Of a DNA stretch of 24,000 nucleotides, positions 1 to 8,934 are shown in pieces. The first letter of the stretch is position 1. Each line of letters opens with the position of its first letter. Location of the stretch: NCBI GenBank assembly GCA_963678395.1, contig OY782827.1, forward strand, positions 790,506 to 814,505, given 5' to 3'. Both the position numbers and the translations under genes were made by a program. This DNA comes from Acidaminococcaceae bacterium (GTDB lineage Bacteria > Bacillota > Negativicutes > Acidaminococcales > Acidaminococcaceae). The notes under the pieces were generated by a model. That model was not told the origin of the DNA and ran no database searches. It saw nothing but the letters and a program-made list of their open reading frames with translations.

Positions 1-113
1 GCTTAATATCTGCACAGAGACGGTAGGGAGATAAAAGAGACAGTGGATGATACTTTGAGGAATTGAAAGTTTGTACTTATATCTTGTATCACAGTGGGGA
101 AGGTTGAGAACCA

Positions 114-1025
114 ATGAATTTAAAAGAACAGAATTACGTATGTACCTTAGCTCGTTGTAAAAGTTTCTCTAAAGCTTCTGAGGAGCTCTTTATATCACAA
201 CCGGCACTTAGTATATATATAAGTAAACTTGAGAAAAACTTAGGGACGACTCTTTTCACCAGAAAAGACAAAAAATTGGTACTAACTTATACAGGTGAAT
301 GCTATATAGAAAAGGCAAAAAAATGCTGCGTTTGCAGCGTGAATTTACCGCACAATTGGCAAAAATCAAGGGGGAACAGGCAGGATTAATCCGGATAGGT
401 ATGCAAAGAAGGCGAACTGCTTGCTTTTATGCACCACTTTTAGCTGCTTTCAAAAGAGAGTATCCAGCGGTGGAAGTTGAATTGTTGGACGGCATACATG
501 TGGAACTAGAAAATGCTTATAATAATGACGATATTGACTTGCTTTTGTGTAATAACGCAGATAAACGAGGAGATTCAGTAACTGATTTAATTTGTCAAGA
601 AAGGTTATTGGTAGCTTTATCGCCTAAAAATTCTGCTAATAAATTAGCCCAAAAAGTTCCTGGAGATAAATACAAAAAGTTGCCATTAAATTCTCTTGAG
701 GGAGAAACTTTTATTTTGCAAACTCCTCAGCAGGGGTTAAGGCGCAGTTGCGAAAAAAGCTATGCGTCAGGAAGGCGTGCAACCGGGAAAAGTTATTACT
801 GTAAGTAACATTGAAACGGCCGTACAATTAGTAGGAGAAAATATGGGCGTTTGTTTTAATCGAGAGACTTATGCTAAACATATGTATTATGACAAAAAGG
901 TGATGTATTATATTATTGGCGAACCACCTTATCAATCGGATTTTTCTTTGTTATACAAGAAAACATTAAAATTGAGTCCTTACATGAATCGTATGATAGA
1001 ACTCATAAAGGTATATGGGCAGTGA
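114..1025 (+). pseudogene. LysR-family transcriptional regulator, interrupted by two frameshifts (ORF pieces 114-389, 299-808, 762-1025)
   Basis: N-terminal LysR-type HTH (SFSKASEELFISQPALSIYISKLEKNLG) followed by a LysR substrate-binding-like region. The frame moves -1 at the A7 run 317-323 and +1 at the A6 run 753-758. The joined reading is continuous (...YIEKAKK|MLRLQREF... and ...RRSCEK|AMRQEGVQPGKVI...). Confidence 0.8.
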
Positions 1026-1069
1026 TAATGTAAGTCTAACTTATAAAACTTATAATTTTTATATATTGT

Positions 1070-1121
1070 ACACCTCTTCTTTTTTCCTGCATAATAGTAG
1101 GAAAGGGTAGGGGTGTTTTTA
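1070..1121 (+). terminator. Candidate rho-independent terminator after the LysR gene
   Basis: Imperfect hairpin (acacctcttcttttttcct / aggaaagggtaggggtgt, with G-U pairs and one mismatch) followed by a T5 run. Folded by eye only. Confidence 0.4.
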
Positions 1122-1245
1122 TGCAGTAAAATTAGCCTAAATAAACACTATTGAACTATAAGTTACATTTATGGATGACTAAAGATTTGCCCCATCGGAA
1201 TGTGAAACAGTGCTAGCTTTAATAAAAAAAATAGGGGGAAGTAAA

Positions 1246-2655
1246 ATGGAAAAGGAAGCTAAGGCTAAAAAGCCTTTTAAAATGCCACATACGTTTGTTA
1301 TTGTTTTTAGCATCATCTTGTTAGCGGTACTCTTTACCTGGATTATTCCTGCTGGTCACTATGTGCGCATACCTAATACCCATGGTATAAAAGTAGTTGA
1401 CCCTACACAGTTTAAATATATGGCAGGTTCGCCGGTTAATCCCTTTATGATTCCTATGTACATTGAGAAAGCTTTTGTTAAAACGATAGATATCTTGCTT
1501 GTAATTTTGTTTTCCGGTGGTGCTTTTCATATTTTAACGGAGACAGGAGCATTGCAGGCTATTATCGCTAAAATGGGTAAACGTTTTTCAGAAAAACTGT
1601 ATTTATTTATTCCTATTTTAACCTTAGTATTTGCCCTTATTTGTACTACTCAAGCAGTAAATACCTTTATTGCTTTTGCTCCGGTTATGGTTATGCTCGC
1701 TATGGCCATGGGCTTAGACTCTATAACAGGTGCCGCTATTATTCTTCTAGGTGGGGCTGTAGGTTTTTCTACCGGGACGCTGAATATTAGTACTACGGTG
1801 GTGGCACAACAGATTGCGGAGCTTCCCCTTTATTCAGGACTTGGTTATCGTTCTTTTTGTTTTGTAGTTTACTACATCATAACCAACGTATATTTAATCC
1901 GTTACGCCATGAAAATTCAAAAAAATCCGGAATTAAGTCCTATGTATGAATTAGACCAACAAAGTGATTTAAAAGGCAAGGCTGATCTCAATTCTTTTGG
2001 TGAAATGAATTTGCGCAAATCTCTTATATTCTTAAGTTTGATTGTGTCTATGGGTGCTATTGTTTATGGTTGCATTATGCTTAAGTGGAATATGCCGGAA
2101 ACAGCTGCTATGTTTTTGGCTTTAGCATTGGTTGTTGGTGTTATTGCCGGGTATTCACCTTCTAAAATTTCTACACTGTTCTTAGAAGGCTGTAAAAAAA
2201 TGTTGGCTGCAGCTATTATCATCGCCTTGGCTCGTGCTATTAGCCAAATTATGGCTGCCGGAAATATTATTGATACTGTTGTACACTTTTTCGCAGGCGG
2301 GCTTAGTGTGGTGCCAAGCTTTTTACAAGGACCGGCAATGCTCTTAGCTAACACTGTTATTAATGTGTTCTTAACTTCCGGTAGCGGCCAAGCAACAGCA
2401 GTTATGCCCATCATGACTCCTTTGGCGGATTTAGTGGGCATGACAAGACAAACGGCAGTACTAGCTTTTAATTTTGGCGATGGTTTTTGTAATTATATTT
2501 TGCCTACTTCTACAGCCCTTATGGGAATTATTAGCGCTGCCAATATTCCATATGATCGTTGGATGCGGTTTATGTGGCGCCTGTTTTTAATTTGGTTTGT
2601 TGTAGGTGCGATTTTACTAATGGTAGCTCAGGCTATACATTTGGGACCAATGTAA
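1246..2655 (+). CDS. yfcC: YfcC-family (DcuC-like) integral membrane transporter
   Basis: 469 aa from the ATG at 1246, preceded by a GGGGGA SD-like run; the ORF-track GTG at 1210 has no RBS. The N-terminus KKPFKMPHTFVIVFSIILLAVLFTWIIPAGHY is characteristic of YfcC proteins, and the protein is multi-TM and hydrophobic throughout. Confidence 0.8.
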   Translation: MEKEAKAKKPFKMPHTFVIVFSIILLAVLFTWIIPAGHYVRIPNTHGIKVVDPTQFKYMAGSPVNPFMIPMYIEKAFVKTIDILLVILFSGGAFHILTETGALQAIIAKMGKRFSEKLYLFIPILTLVFALICTTQAVNTFIAFAPVMVMLAMAMGLDSITGAAIILLGGAVGFSTGTLNISTTVVAQQIAELPLYSGLGYRSFCFVVYYIITNVYLIRYAMKIQKNPELSPMYELDQQSDLKGKADLNSFGEMNLRKSLIFLSLIVSMGAIVYGCIMLKWNMPETAAMFLALALVVGVIAGYSPSKISTLFLEGCKKMLAAAIIIALARAISQIMAAGNIIDTVVHFFAGGLSVVPSFLQGPAMLLANTVINVFLTSGSGQATAVMPIMTPLADLVGMTRQTAVLAFNFGDGFCNYILPTSTALMGIISAANIPYDRWMRFMWRLFLIWFVVGAILLMVAQAIHLGPM

Positions 2656-2670
2656 GGGGAGGAGAACACT

Positions 2671-3840
2671 ATGAAAAAAGAGCTATTCGCGAATATTGAT
2701 AGTCAAAGAAATACTTTGATCAATATGGCAGACGCTATTTTTGATAATCCGGAATATGAAGGGCAGGAAGTTTTTGCGGCCGGGTTAATAACTAAATATT
2801 TAAAAGAGAATGGGTTTCAAGTAGAAATGGGAATTGCTGATTTTCCCACTGCTTTTAAAGCTGTTTACGCAAAAGGTATTGGAGGCCCCACTATTGGCAT
2901 TTTGTGTGAATATGATGCTTTGCGTGGATTGGGTCATGGTTGTGGGCATCATATGCAAGGTCCTGGATGTATAGGAGCGGCAATTGCGTTGAAGAATGTA
3001 TGTACGGACGCATCGTATACAATTATTGTTTATGGTACACCGGCAGAGGAAACTCTTAGCGCTAAATGTGCTATGCTGCAAAAAGGCTGTTTTAAGGAAT
3101 TGGATGTGGCCTTTATGATGCATGGGGGACCTAACACTTGTACTGATATTAAATGTTTGGCCTTGTCTACTTTTGAAGTTGTATTTAAAGGTAAGGGAGC
3201 CCATGCGGCACTGGCACCGGAAAAAGGTAGAAGCGGCTTAGATGCTTTGATGATTGCTTTTAATGGTATAGAATTTTTACGGGAGCATGTGCCTGAGGAT
3301 GTACGAATGCATTATACTATTACTGAGTTGCCTGGCCCTATGAACGTGGTTCCCAAGAAAGCAGTAGGAGAAGTTGCTCTACGTTCATTTTCTAAAGAAA
3401 CATTAAATACGGTTGTCTTGCGCTTTCGTGATATAATAAAAGAAACAGCATTAATAGCCGGAGTGGATTATGAAATAACTCAAAAGAACGATTTCTATAA
3501 CAAGATACCGGTACTAGCTTTAAATGAGCTACTTATGGCAAATGCTGAAATAGTTGGAGCACCACAATTAGCACCACCCAGAGAGAAGACTGGTTCTACC
3601 GATTTTGGTAATGTAATGTATGAAGTCCCCGGTTCTTGCATTAGGGTAGCTTTTGTGCCTGAGGGTACATCTTATCATACCCAGGAGTTTGTAGCTGCAG
3701 GTAAGAGTGAAGCTGCTCACAAATGTGTTATCTATGGTGCCAAAATCATTGCTGGGGCTGCCTTGGATTTAATAGAAAATCCAGAAAAAATGGAGGCAGT
3801 AAAAAGAGAATTTGCCGTTAATAAGGCGAAATATAAATAA
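2671..3840 (+). CDS. M20-family amidohydrolase/peptidase (AbgB-like)
   Basis: 389 aa with a GGAGG RBS upstream. Metal-site-like motif LGHGCGHH plus M20 dimerisation and catalytic domain layout. It starts 15 nt after the YfcC transporter, a common transporter-hydrolase pairing. Confidence 0.8.
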   Translation: MKKELFANIDSQRNTLINMADAIFDNPEYEGQEVFAAGLITKYLKENGFQVEMGIADFPTAFKAVYAKGIGGPTIGILCEYDALRGLGHGCGHHMQGPGCIGAAIALKNVCTDASYTIIVYGTPAEETLSAKCAMLQKGCFKELDVAFMMHGGPNTCTDIKCLALSTFEVVFKGKGAHAALAPEKGRSGLDALMIAFNGIEFLREHVPEDVRMHYTITELPGPMNVVPKKAVGEVALRSFSKETLNTVVLRFRDIIKETALIAGVDYEITQKNDFYNKIPVLALNELLMANAEIVGAPQLAPPREKTGSTDFGNVMYEVPGSCIRVAFVPEGTSYHTQEFVAAGKSEAAHKCVIYGAKIIAGAALDLIENPEKMEAVKREFAVNKAKYK

Positions 3841-3875
3841 GAGTAAAAGAAGCGAAACTAATACTTGCTGATTAT

Positions 3876-3921
3876 AGACTGTCATACATGTCAAATATAC
3901 ATATGTGGCAGTCTTCGTTTT
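3876..3921 (+). terminator. Candidate rho-independent terminator after the M20 gene
   Basis: About 16-bp stem (agactgtcatacatgt / acatatgtggcagtct, with two G-U pairs and one mismatch), loop caaatat, then tcgtttt. Confidence 0.5.
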
Positions 3922-3954
3922 ACACCAAAGTTGTAAGGTAAAGGAGGAAATTTT

Positions 3955-4813
3955 ATGAAAAAAAAACGAATACTTAAAAGATGTAGTTTATGATGTAGTT
4001 AGCTCTGTTTTGCAGGGTATTGGCATATATTGTTTTATTGCCAATTGTAATATCGCTCCCGGCGGAGCTACAGGTGTGGCAATTTTGGGGAACTATATTA
4101 CAGGCATGCCAATTGGTCTACTAACTTTTCTCGTAAATGTTCCGCTTTTCATTATGTCTTACATGTATTTGGGTAAAGTAAGAACATTTAAAACTTTAAA
4201 AACTGTTTTTATAGGCAGTGTGATCTTAGACCTAGTTATTGCGCCTATATTTCCTCAATATGTGGGTGATAGACTAATGTCGTCGGCTTTTGGCGGTATT
4301 CTTTGTGGCATAGGCATGGCCATGGTTTTCATGAGGGGGTCAACTACAGGTGGTACGGATATAGTTGCTAAATTGTTACAAAGAAAATATCCCCATATGC
4401 AAATCGGGTTTGCGCTAATGCTTATAGATTTAGTTATTATTGCAGCGTCAGCCGTAGTTTTCCATAATGTTGAGTCTGTGCTTTATGGGTTACTTTCTCT
4501 TATTTGTATGACGAAGACTATTGACGCCTTTTTATATGGTATAAATAGAGGGGCAATGGTCACAATTGTTTCGCCTCGTAATGAAGAAATTGCAGAGGAA
4601 ATAATGCGGCAGTTGGATAGAGGCGCTACTTTTTTACAAAGTCGCGGAGCTTATTCTAAGAAAAACTGTGAAACCTTGTTCTGTGTTATAGAAAACAAGC
4701 AGTTTTATTTGGTGAAAGAAATTATTGACAGTATTGATGAAAAGGCTTTTGTTATTGTTTCTGAAACAAAAGAAGTTTACGGGGAAGGTTTTTTGGCAGA
4801 ACGGGTTGAGTAG
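3955..4813 (+). pseudogene. YitT-family membrane protein (DUF2179 C-terminal domain), frameshifted in an A9 tract directly after the start codon
   Basis: A strong RBS (AAAGGAGG) and the ATG at 3955 open a 12-codon frame that stops at 3991-3993. The YitT body (KDVVYDVVSSVLQGIGIYCF... through 4813) lies in the +1 frame. With A8 instead of A9 (3958-3966) the gene reads MKKNEYLKDVVYDVV... intact. The ORF-track piece is 4010-4813. Confidence 0.75.
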
Positions 4814-4882
4814 TAAGCAAAAAAAATAGGCTCCTGCATTGCAATAATCCAAATTATTCTAAATAGATTGGAGGGATACAAA

Positions 4883-5272
4883 GTGCGTTTATGGCATAGT
4901 TCGTTAATCAAATATTTACCGCGTCAGCAATTGTTGGGGCAGCACAGAGAATGTTGTGCTTTGCGTGGAAAAGGTTGGGGAAAGCCCCATGCGACTGTTA
5001 ACTATGTGTTTCAATACAGTCCACTTATGCTCTACCAATTTCATCTGTTGGTAATGCAGGAAATGGAGCAACGTGGTTATCATGCTGATAAAATCTGGCT
5101 AGACTCTAACTATCGTGGAAAATTATTGGGGTATGCAGACTATAATACGGTTGGTAAATTATTTGAAAAATATCCGGAACATGATAAAAAATATTTAGCA
5201 GAGTGCATCGATAATCTTAGAGAAAAAGGTGTTGTTAGAGAAAGTGAAGATGAGCTCTTTCGCAAAATATAA
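4883..5272 (+). CDS. TIGR02328-family protein, pyrimidine-dimer DNA glycosylase (DenV/Pyr_excise)-like
   Basis: GTG at 4883 lies 7 nt after GGAGGG. The sequence RLWHSSLIKYLPRQQLLGQHRECCALRGKGWGKPHATVNYVF matches the conserved N-terminal signature of this family as I recall it. Confidence 0.65.
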   Translation: MRLWHSSLIKYLPRQQLLGQHRECCALRGKGWGKPHATVNYVFQYSPLMLYQFHLLVMQEMEQRGYHADKIWLDSNYRGKLLGYADYNTVGKLFEKYPEHDKKYLAECIDNLREKGVVRESEDELFRKI

Positions 5273-5358
5273 ATAATCTATAGGTGACTTAAATTTTTAA
5301 ATATCTATTAGTATTGCTGAAACCGTTTATTTACATAATTTTTCATAAAAAATAGCAT

Positions 5359-5397
5359 AAAAAAATCCCATTGTTTAATGAAACAATGGGATTTTTT
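5359..5397. terminator. Bidirectional rho-independent terminator between convergent genes
   Basis: Perfect hairpin aaaaaatcccattgttt / aaacaatgggatttttt with loop aatg. The A-run on one side and T-run on the other let it serve both strands. Confidence 0.8.
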
Positions 5398-5480
5398 ATA
5401 CCTAGTTACACACTAAATAAATCATGCTTTTTTAGCTAAAAACAATAAAAATTCATGCTAATTTGCTAATTTATAGGTTG

Positions 5481-6359
5481 TTATTTATTTGGCATTGGGC
5501 GTAAAGACGGTGGAATCCCATTTTCACAGGGGCCTTTCGTCTGACAAAAACCACAGCTGTAACCAACAAGGTTATAATGTTCTTTAATATATTCTGGTGT
5601 GGCATTATGTACATATGCTCTGCATTTAATCTTGTCGTGCCCTTGAGTGCCGCTGGCATTGGCAGGACAACGAGAAATACAAGCGTTGCACTTACCTTTA
5701 GCAAAGTGCAGGCAATATGCATGCATATCAGTATAAGGACGTTCGTCTGGTTTTAATTGGGCTTTTACTACAATAGAGCCCAGGCGCATTGCTTTGCCTA
5801 AAGGTGTGATAAGTGCATCATCCAGACCAAAGGTACCTAGGCTGCAAGCGTAAGCTATATGGCGTTCTGACCATGTTGATGTATAAACACGTTCTTTGCT
5901 GTCAAGACGGATCCACTCTGGGAAACTAACCGGTGCTACGGTCTCATAACCCATGCTGGTTAATGTGTCAGCCATGTATTCACGCAATTTTTCATTAACC
6001 TTTTCACCAAGAATTCGTGAGTGTGACCATCTTTCTGAAGGCATTTCTTTTTCTTGACGCAAAGAGTATTTCGTTTCCTCGGTTTGTGGAAGTACCCAAC
6101 TTACAACGGTGAGTTCATCTAGCTTAGCGGAAGTGTTGGAAAAAGCTTTGCCAAAAATTTCTTCAGGTAGCCAGTGTCCAGGACCACAGGCGTTAGATGC
6201 TTTGAAACGCTTGAAAATAGGGTCATTAGCCGTAGCAAAACCGACTAAAGGCTTACTCCACATTTTTTCTTCACCAAAGTTTTCACCCATGTAATTAAGG
6301 GGAGTTGTAGCTAAAAAATCAATAACCATTTGTCTAATGATTTCATTACTAATTGCCAC
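5481..6359 (-). CDS. 4Fe-4S cluster-binding protein, epoxyqueuosine reductase (QueG) / reductive dehalogenase-like superfamily (putative)
   Basis: 292 aa with a GTG start 7 nt after AAGGAGGTG. The C-terminal half carries two Cys clusters (C-x8-CNACISRCP and C-x22-CGFCQTKGPC) resembling the twin ferredoxin motifs of QueG/RdhA-type proteins. The exact function cannot be assigned from sequence alone. Confidence 0.45.
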   Translation of the reverse strand: MAISNEIIRQMVIDFLATTPLNYMGENFGEEKMWSKPLVGFATANDPIFKRFKASNACGPGHWLPEEIFGKAFSNTSAKLDELTVVSWVLPQTEETKYSLRQEKEMPSERWSHSRILGEKVNEKLREYMADTLTSMGYETVAPVSFPEWIRLDSKERVYTSTWSERHIAYACSLGTFGLDDALITPLGKAMRLGSIVVKAQLKPDERPYTDMHAYCLHFAKGKCNACISRCPANASGTQGHDKIKCRAYVHNATPEYIKEHYNLVGYSCGFCQTKGPCENGIPPSLRPMPNK

Positions 6360-6429
6360 TTAACGACACCTCCTTAGATATTAGTTTCTTTGATAATTAT
6401 ATGTTGGCGGTTAAAAAATAACAAGTGAA

Positions 6430-6489
6430 AACGGTTCTATACTAAATGTTGGAGTGATTTCTCACCCCAACATTTAGTATAGAACCGTT
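6430..6489 (-). terminator. Long perfect hairpin; likely terminator of the FIST-GGDEF transcription unit
   Basis: 23-bp perfect arms (6430-6452 aacggttctatactaaatgttgg; 6467-6489 ccaacatttagtatagaaccgtt) lie 23 nt downstream of the GGDEF stop. On the minus strand the hairpin is followed by T-rich sequence (tttcacttgttatttttt). Confidence 0.6.
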
Positions 6490-6511
6490 AAATTAGAGGG
6501 TATATATTTTT

Positions 6512-7648
6512 TTATGAATTAGTAAAAAAATGAATTTGATTTCTGCCATTGGCTTTAGCCTTATACATTGCACTATCGGCCCACTTAAGGATATTTTCTT
6601 TGCTGGCATCTTGACTACTGAAAAGTACGATGCCGATACTTGCTGTGGAATTATGGTTAACAATCTCAGGTTTCTTACAGACTAATAAATAAGGTTTTGC
6701 TAGAGCAAAACGAATTTTCTCAGCGACTATAGAGGCTTTCTCAGAGGCCGTTTCTTTATTGTTACCTAAATTATTGATAAGGACAACGAATTCATCGCCA
6801 CCAAAACGTGCTACGGTGTCTGTTGCACGCACACAACCTCGTATTCTTTGTGCTGCTTCTATGAGGAGCAAATCGCCAATGTTGTGACCTTGTTTGTCAT
6901 TTAGTGTTTTGAAGTTGTCTAAGTCTAAAAAGAACAATGCGTTATAGCATCCACTACGCTTGCTGGTAGCCATTGCTTGATCCAAACGATCATTTAAAAG
7001 ACGGCGATTAGGAAGATGTGTTAAAGGATCATAAAAGGCAAAAATACGCAGTTTTTCTTCGGCATTTTTACGTTCAGTTATATCTTCGCTTATACCCATA
7101 AGTTTTTCTAGACGTCCATTTTTGCCCAAAATAGGAATAAAACTTGATGCAAATATTTTTGGCGGAGAACCGCTGCCTGTGAATTCGAAGTGACTTGTTT
7201 CCCCTTTATATGCGCAATCAAGCAAATAGTTAATGTGGGGTCTATCATTAGTGCTAACTGCATCTAAATACAAACTGCCTGTTACATCTTTGCCGTTTTC
7301 AAAACCTAGCATGCGAAGACCGGCCGGGTTCATGAAGGTAACTTTACCATCAAGGTCTATTTCGTGGATGCTGACAGGAGAATTTTCTAATAATAAGCGG
7401 GTTTGATATTCTCTCTCTCTCAAAGCACGTGCTATCTTTTCTGTTTCTAGCTTGGCATCTTCAAGTTCTTTTGTGCGCTGACGAACTTGGTCTTCCAGAG
7501 TAATGGCGGTTTGAAACAGGTTGAAATTTGATCCTTGTACACAGGTATTGCGTTCGGCCCGATTCATTAACGATTGAATAATTTTGTTTAAACGCTTAAT
7601 TTCTTCTTGCAGGGCATTTATTATATCTACTTTAGTGTCGTTAGACAT
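6512..7648 (-). CDS. PAS domain-containing diguanylate cyclase (GGDEF)
   Basis: N-terminal coiled-coil, a PAS domain (ENSPVSIHEIDLDGKVTFMNPAGLRMLG...ISEDITERK), and a GGDEF domain with an intact GGDEF motif and an RxxD I-site five residues upstream (RATD-TVARF-GGDEF). I prefer the ATG at 7648 (GAAGG upstream, overlapping the FIST stop as ATGTCTAA) to the ORF-track start at 7678. Confidence 0.85.
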   Translation of the reverse strand: MSNDTKVDIINALQEEIKRLNKIIQSLMNRAERNTCVQGSNFNLFQTAITLEDQVRQRTKELEDAKLETEKIARALREREYQTRLLLENSPVSIHEIDLDGKVTFMNPAGLRMLGFENGKDVTGSLYLDAVSTNDRPHINYLLDCAYKGETSHFEFTGSGSPPKIFASSFIPILGKNGRLEKLMGISEDITERKNAEEKLRIFAFYDPLTHLPNRRLLNDRLDQAMATSKRSGCYNALFFLDLDNFKTLNDKQGHNIGDLLLIEAAQRIRGCVRATDTVARFGGDEFVVLINNLGNNKETASEKASIVAEKIRFALAKPYLLVCKKPEIVNHNSTASIGIVLFSSQDASKENILKWADSAMYKAKANGRNQIHFFTNS

Positions 7649-8807
7649 TTTGACCTTCATTTTCTGCTTTAGGGTCATAACCTATAGCACAGCCGGTGAG
7701 GGTTTGATTTACATGTACACCAAGAAATTGTTCGCCATAGCTACAAAAACCAACGACGTTATTATTTAAGAAAATTTCTTCAACCTGATCTTTTATACCA
7801 TTTCGTGAAATCTCTAGATTGCGCAGGATACAATCACAACCTAAAATAAGTTGTGGAGAGCCAATGTTCTCTTGAATTTTAGTGAAAGCCTGTTTAAGGT
7901 TGTCAACAAGATTTACGCCATGTGCTACTCTAAGAACTATGCCATCTTCAACAGCACAGTAGAAAGTTAAACTCCCGTCAGTGTTTGTTTTCTGGATGGA
8001 ACGAACATAATCGGTACCATCAATCATAACGACAACAGGTGAATCGGCAAAGTGTAGTGGATTAAGCTCACTAATTTTAACACCAACTAATCTTGCATAT
8101 TCTTTGGTTGCTGATAAGCCGTTAAGCTCATTAACAATACGTTTTTCAGGTTGTGCTTCAGTTACAACTAAGCGCTCATCGGTGGGAATAAAGTGCTGTG
8201 TTTTAAATAATTTAAAAGGCAAGGAAGTGTTTAATATAATTAGCACAGCACTATCAGAATGAAACTGACCGTTGCTATAAACTTGGGTTTGGATAAAATT
8301 TTGATCATCACCTGCGGAGCCGCCAAAGAGAGGGATCTTTCCTAAGGCGTATTGTAATGTGAATGCAACGGGTTCTTCCCGCATTGCCAGAGCATCTATT
8401 AACATGAAGGCAAAACAATTATTTGTTTCTATATTGGGAACTCGGCTTTCCAAATCTTGTAAAAGAGCTTGAGTAAAGTTATTACCGGTGGCCACATCAA
8501 AGTCACTTAAAGGGGCTATTCTTTCAGAAACGGCTACAAAGCTATCGGAGGCAAAGCTGACACCGGTTAAGCTGTGAGAACAATAACCACTAGGCCCGAT
8601 TTCACCTGCAGTGGTACAACCAACAACTTGAATACCTGCAAATAGACGATTTATTTCTTCAGCAATAATTGTAAGGTCATATTTACTGGAGGAAAAAAAT
8701 ATTACCAATTCCATGTTTTTTTGCGCAACTGCCGCATAAAATTCTGCTACTGCTATGCGCTCATCCTGTGAACACGACTGCCCTCGTCTAATACTGTTAT
8801 TGTTCAT
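7641..8807 (-). CDS. FIST (FIST_N + FIST_C) sensory domain protein
   Basis: 388 aa with GGAGG 7 nt upstream of the ATG. FIST-typical segments are present (VVGCTTAGEIGPSGY; C-terminal GFCSYGEQF...HVNQTLT). There is no output domain of its own, and it is coupled to the downstream GGDEF gene. Confidence 0.75.
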   Translation of the reverse strand: MNNNSIRRGQSCSQDERIAVAEFYAAVAQKNMELVIFFSSSKYDLTIIAEEINRLFAGIQVVGCTTAGEIGPSGYCSHSLTGVSFASDSFVAVSERIAPLSDFDVATGNNFTQALLQDLESRVPNIETNNCFAFMLIDALAMREEPVAFTLQYALGKIPLFGGSAGDDQNFIQTQVYSNGQFHSDSAVLIILNTSLPFKLFKTQHFIPTDERLVVTEAQPEKRIVNELNGLSATKEYARLVGVKISELNPLHFADSPVVVMIDGTDYVRSIQKTNTDGSLTFYCAVEDGIVLRVAHGVNLVDNLKQAFTKIQENIGSPQLILGCDCILRNLEISRNGIKDQVEEIFLNNNVVGFCSYGEQFLGVHVNQTLTGCAIGYDPKAENEGQNV

Positions 8808-8934
8808 GCTTATGCCTCCATCTTATATAGCTAGAATATATTAAAATTCAATGCTGTGACTATAGTAATCACAACATATATTAAATCATATAATTTATAT
8901 AATTAGCAATTCTGTTTCTACAAAGGAATCAGTT

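Noticed and set aside
1038-1055. A 2 x 9-bp tandem repeat (aacttataa aacttataa) just after the LysR stop, also readable as TTATAA-N3-TTATAA (LysR T-N11-A-like).
   Set aside because: It is short, AT-rich and located upstream of a terminator rather than next to a promoter. There is no support for a functional LysR box.
7641-7678. The FIST / GGDEF overlap as a fifth frameshift splitting an originally fused FIST-GGDEF gene.
   Set aside because: The FIST_C domain appears complete. There is no homopolymer at the junction, and the ATGTCTAA overlap with an SD-like GAAGG is ordinary translational coupling.
8855-8873. TGTGA-N9-TCACA dyad upstream of the FIST gene, resembling a CRP/FNR-type site.
   Set aside because: The spacer is 9 nt rather than the 6 nt of CRP or 4 nt of FNR consensus sites, and the surrounding DNA is AT-rich, where such short dyads arise by chance.
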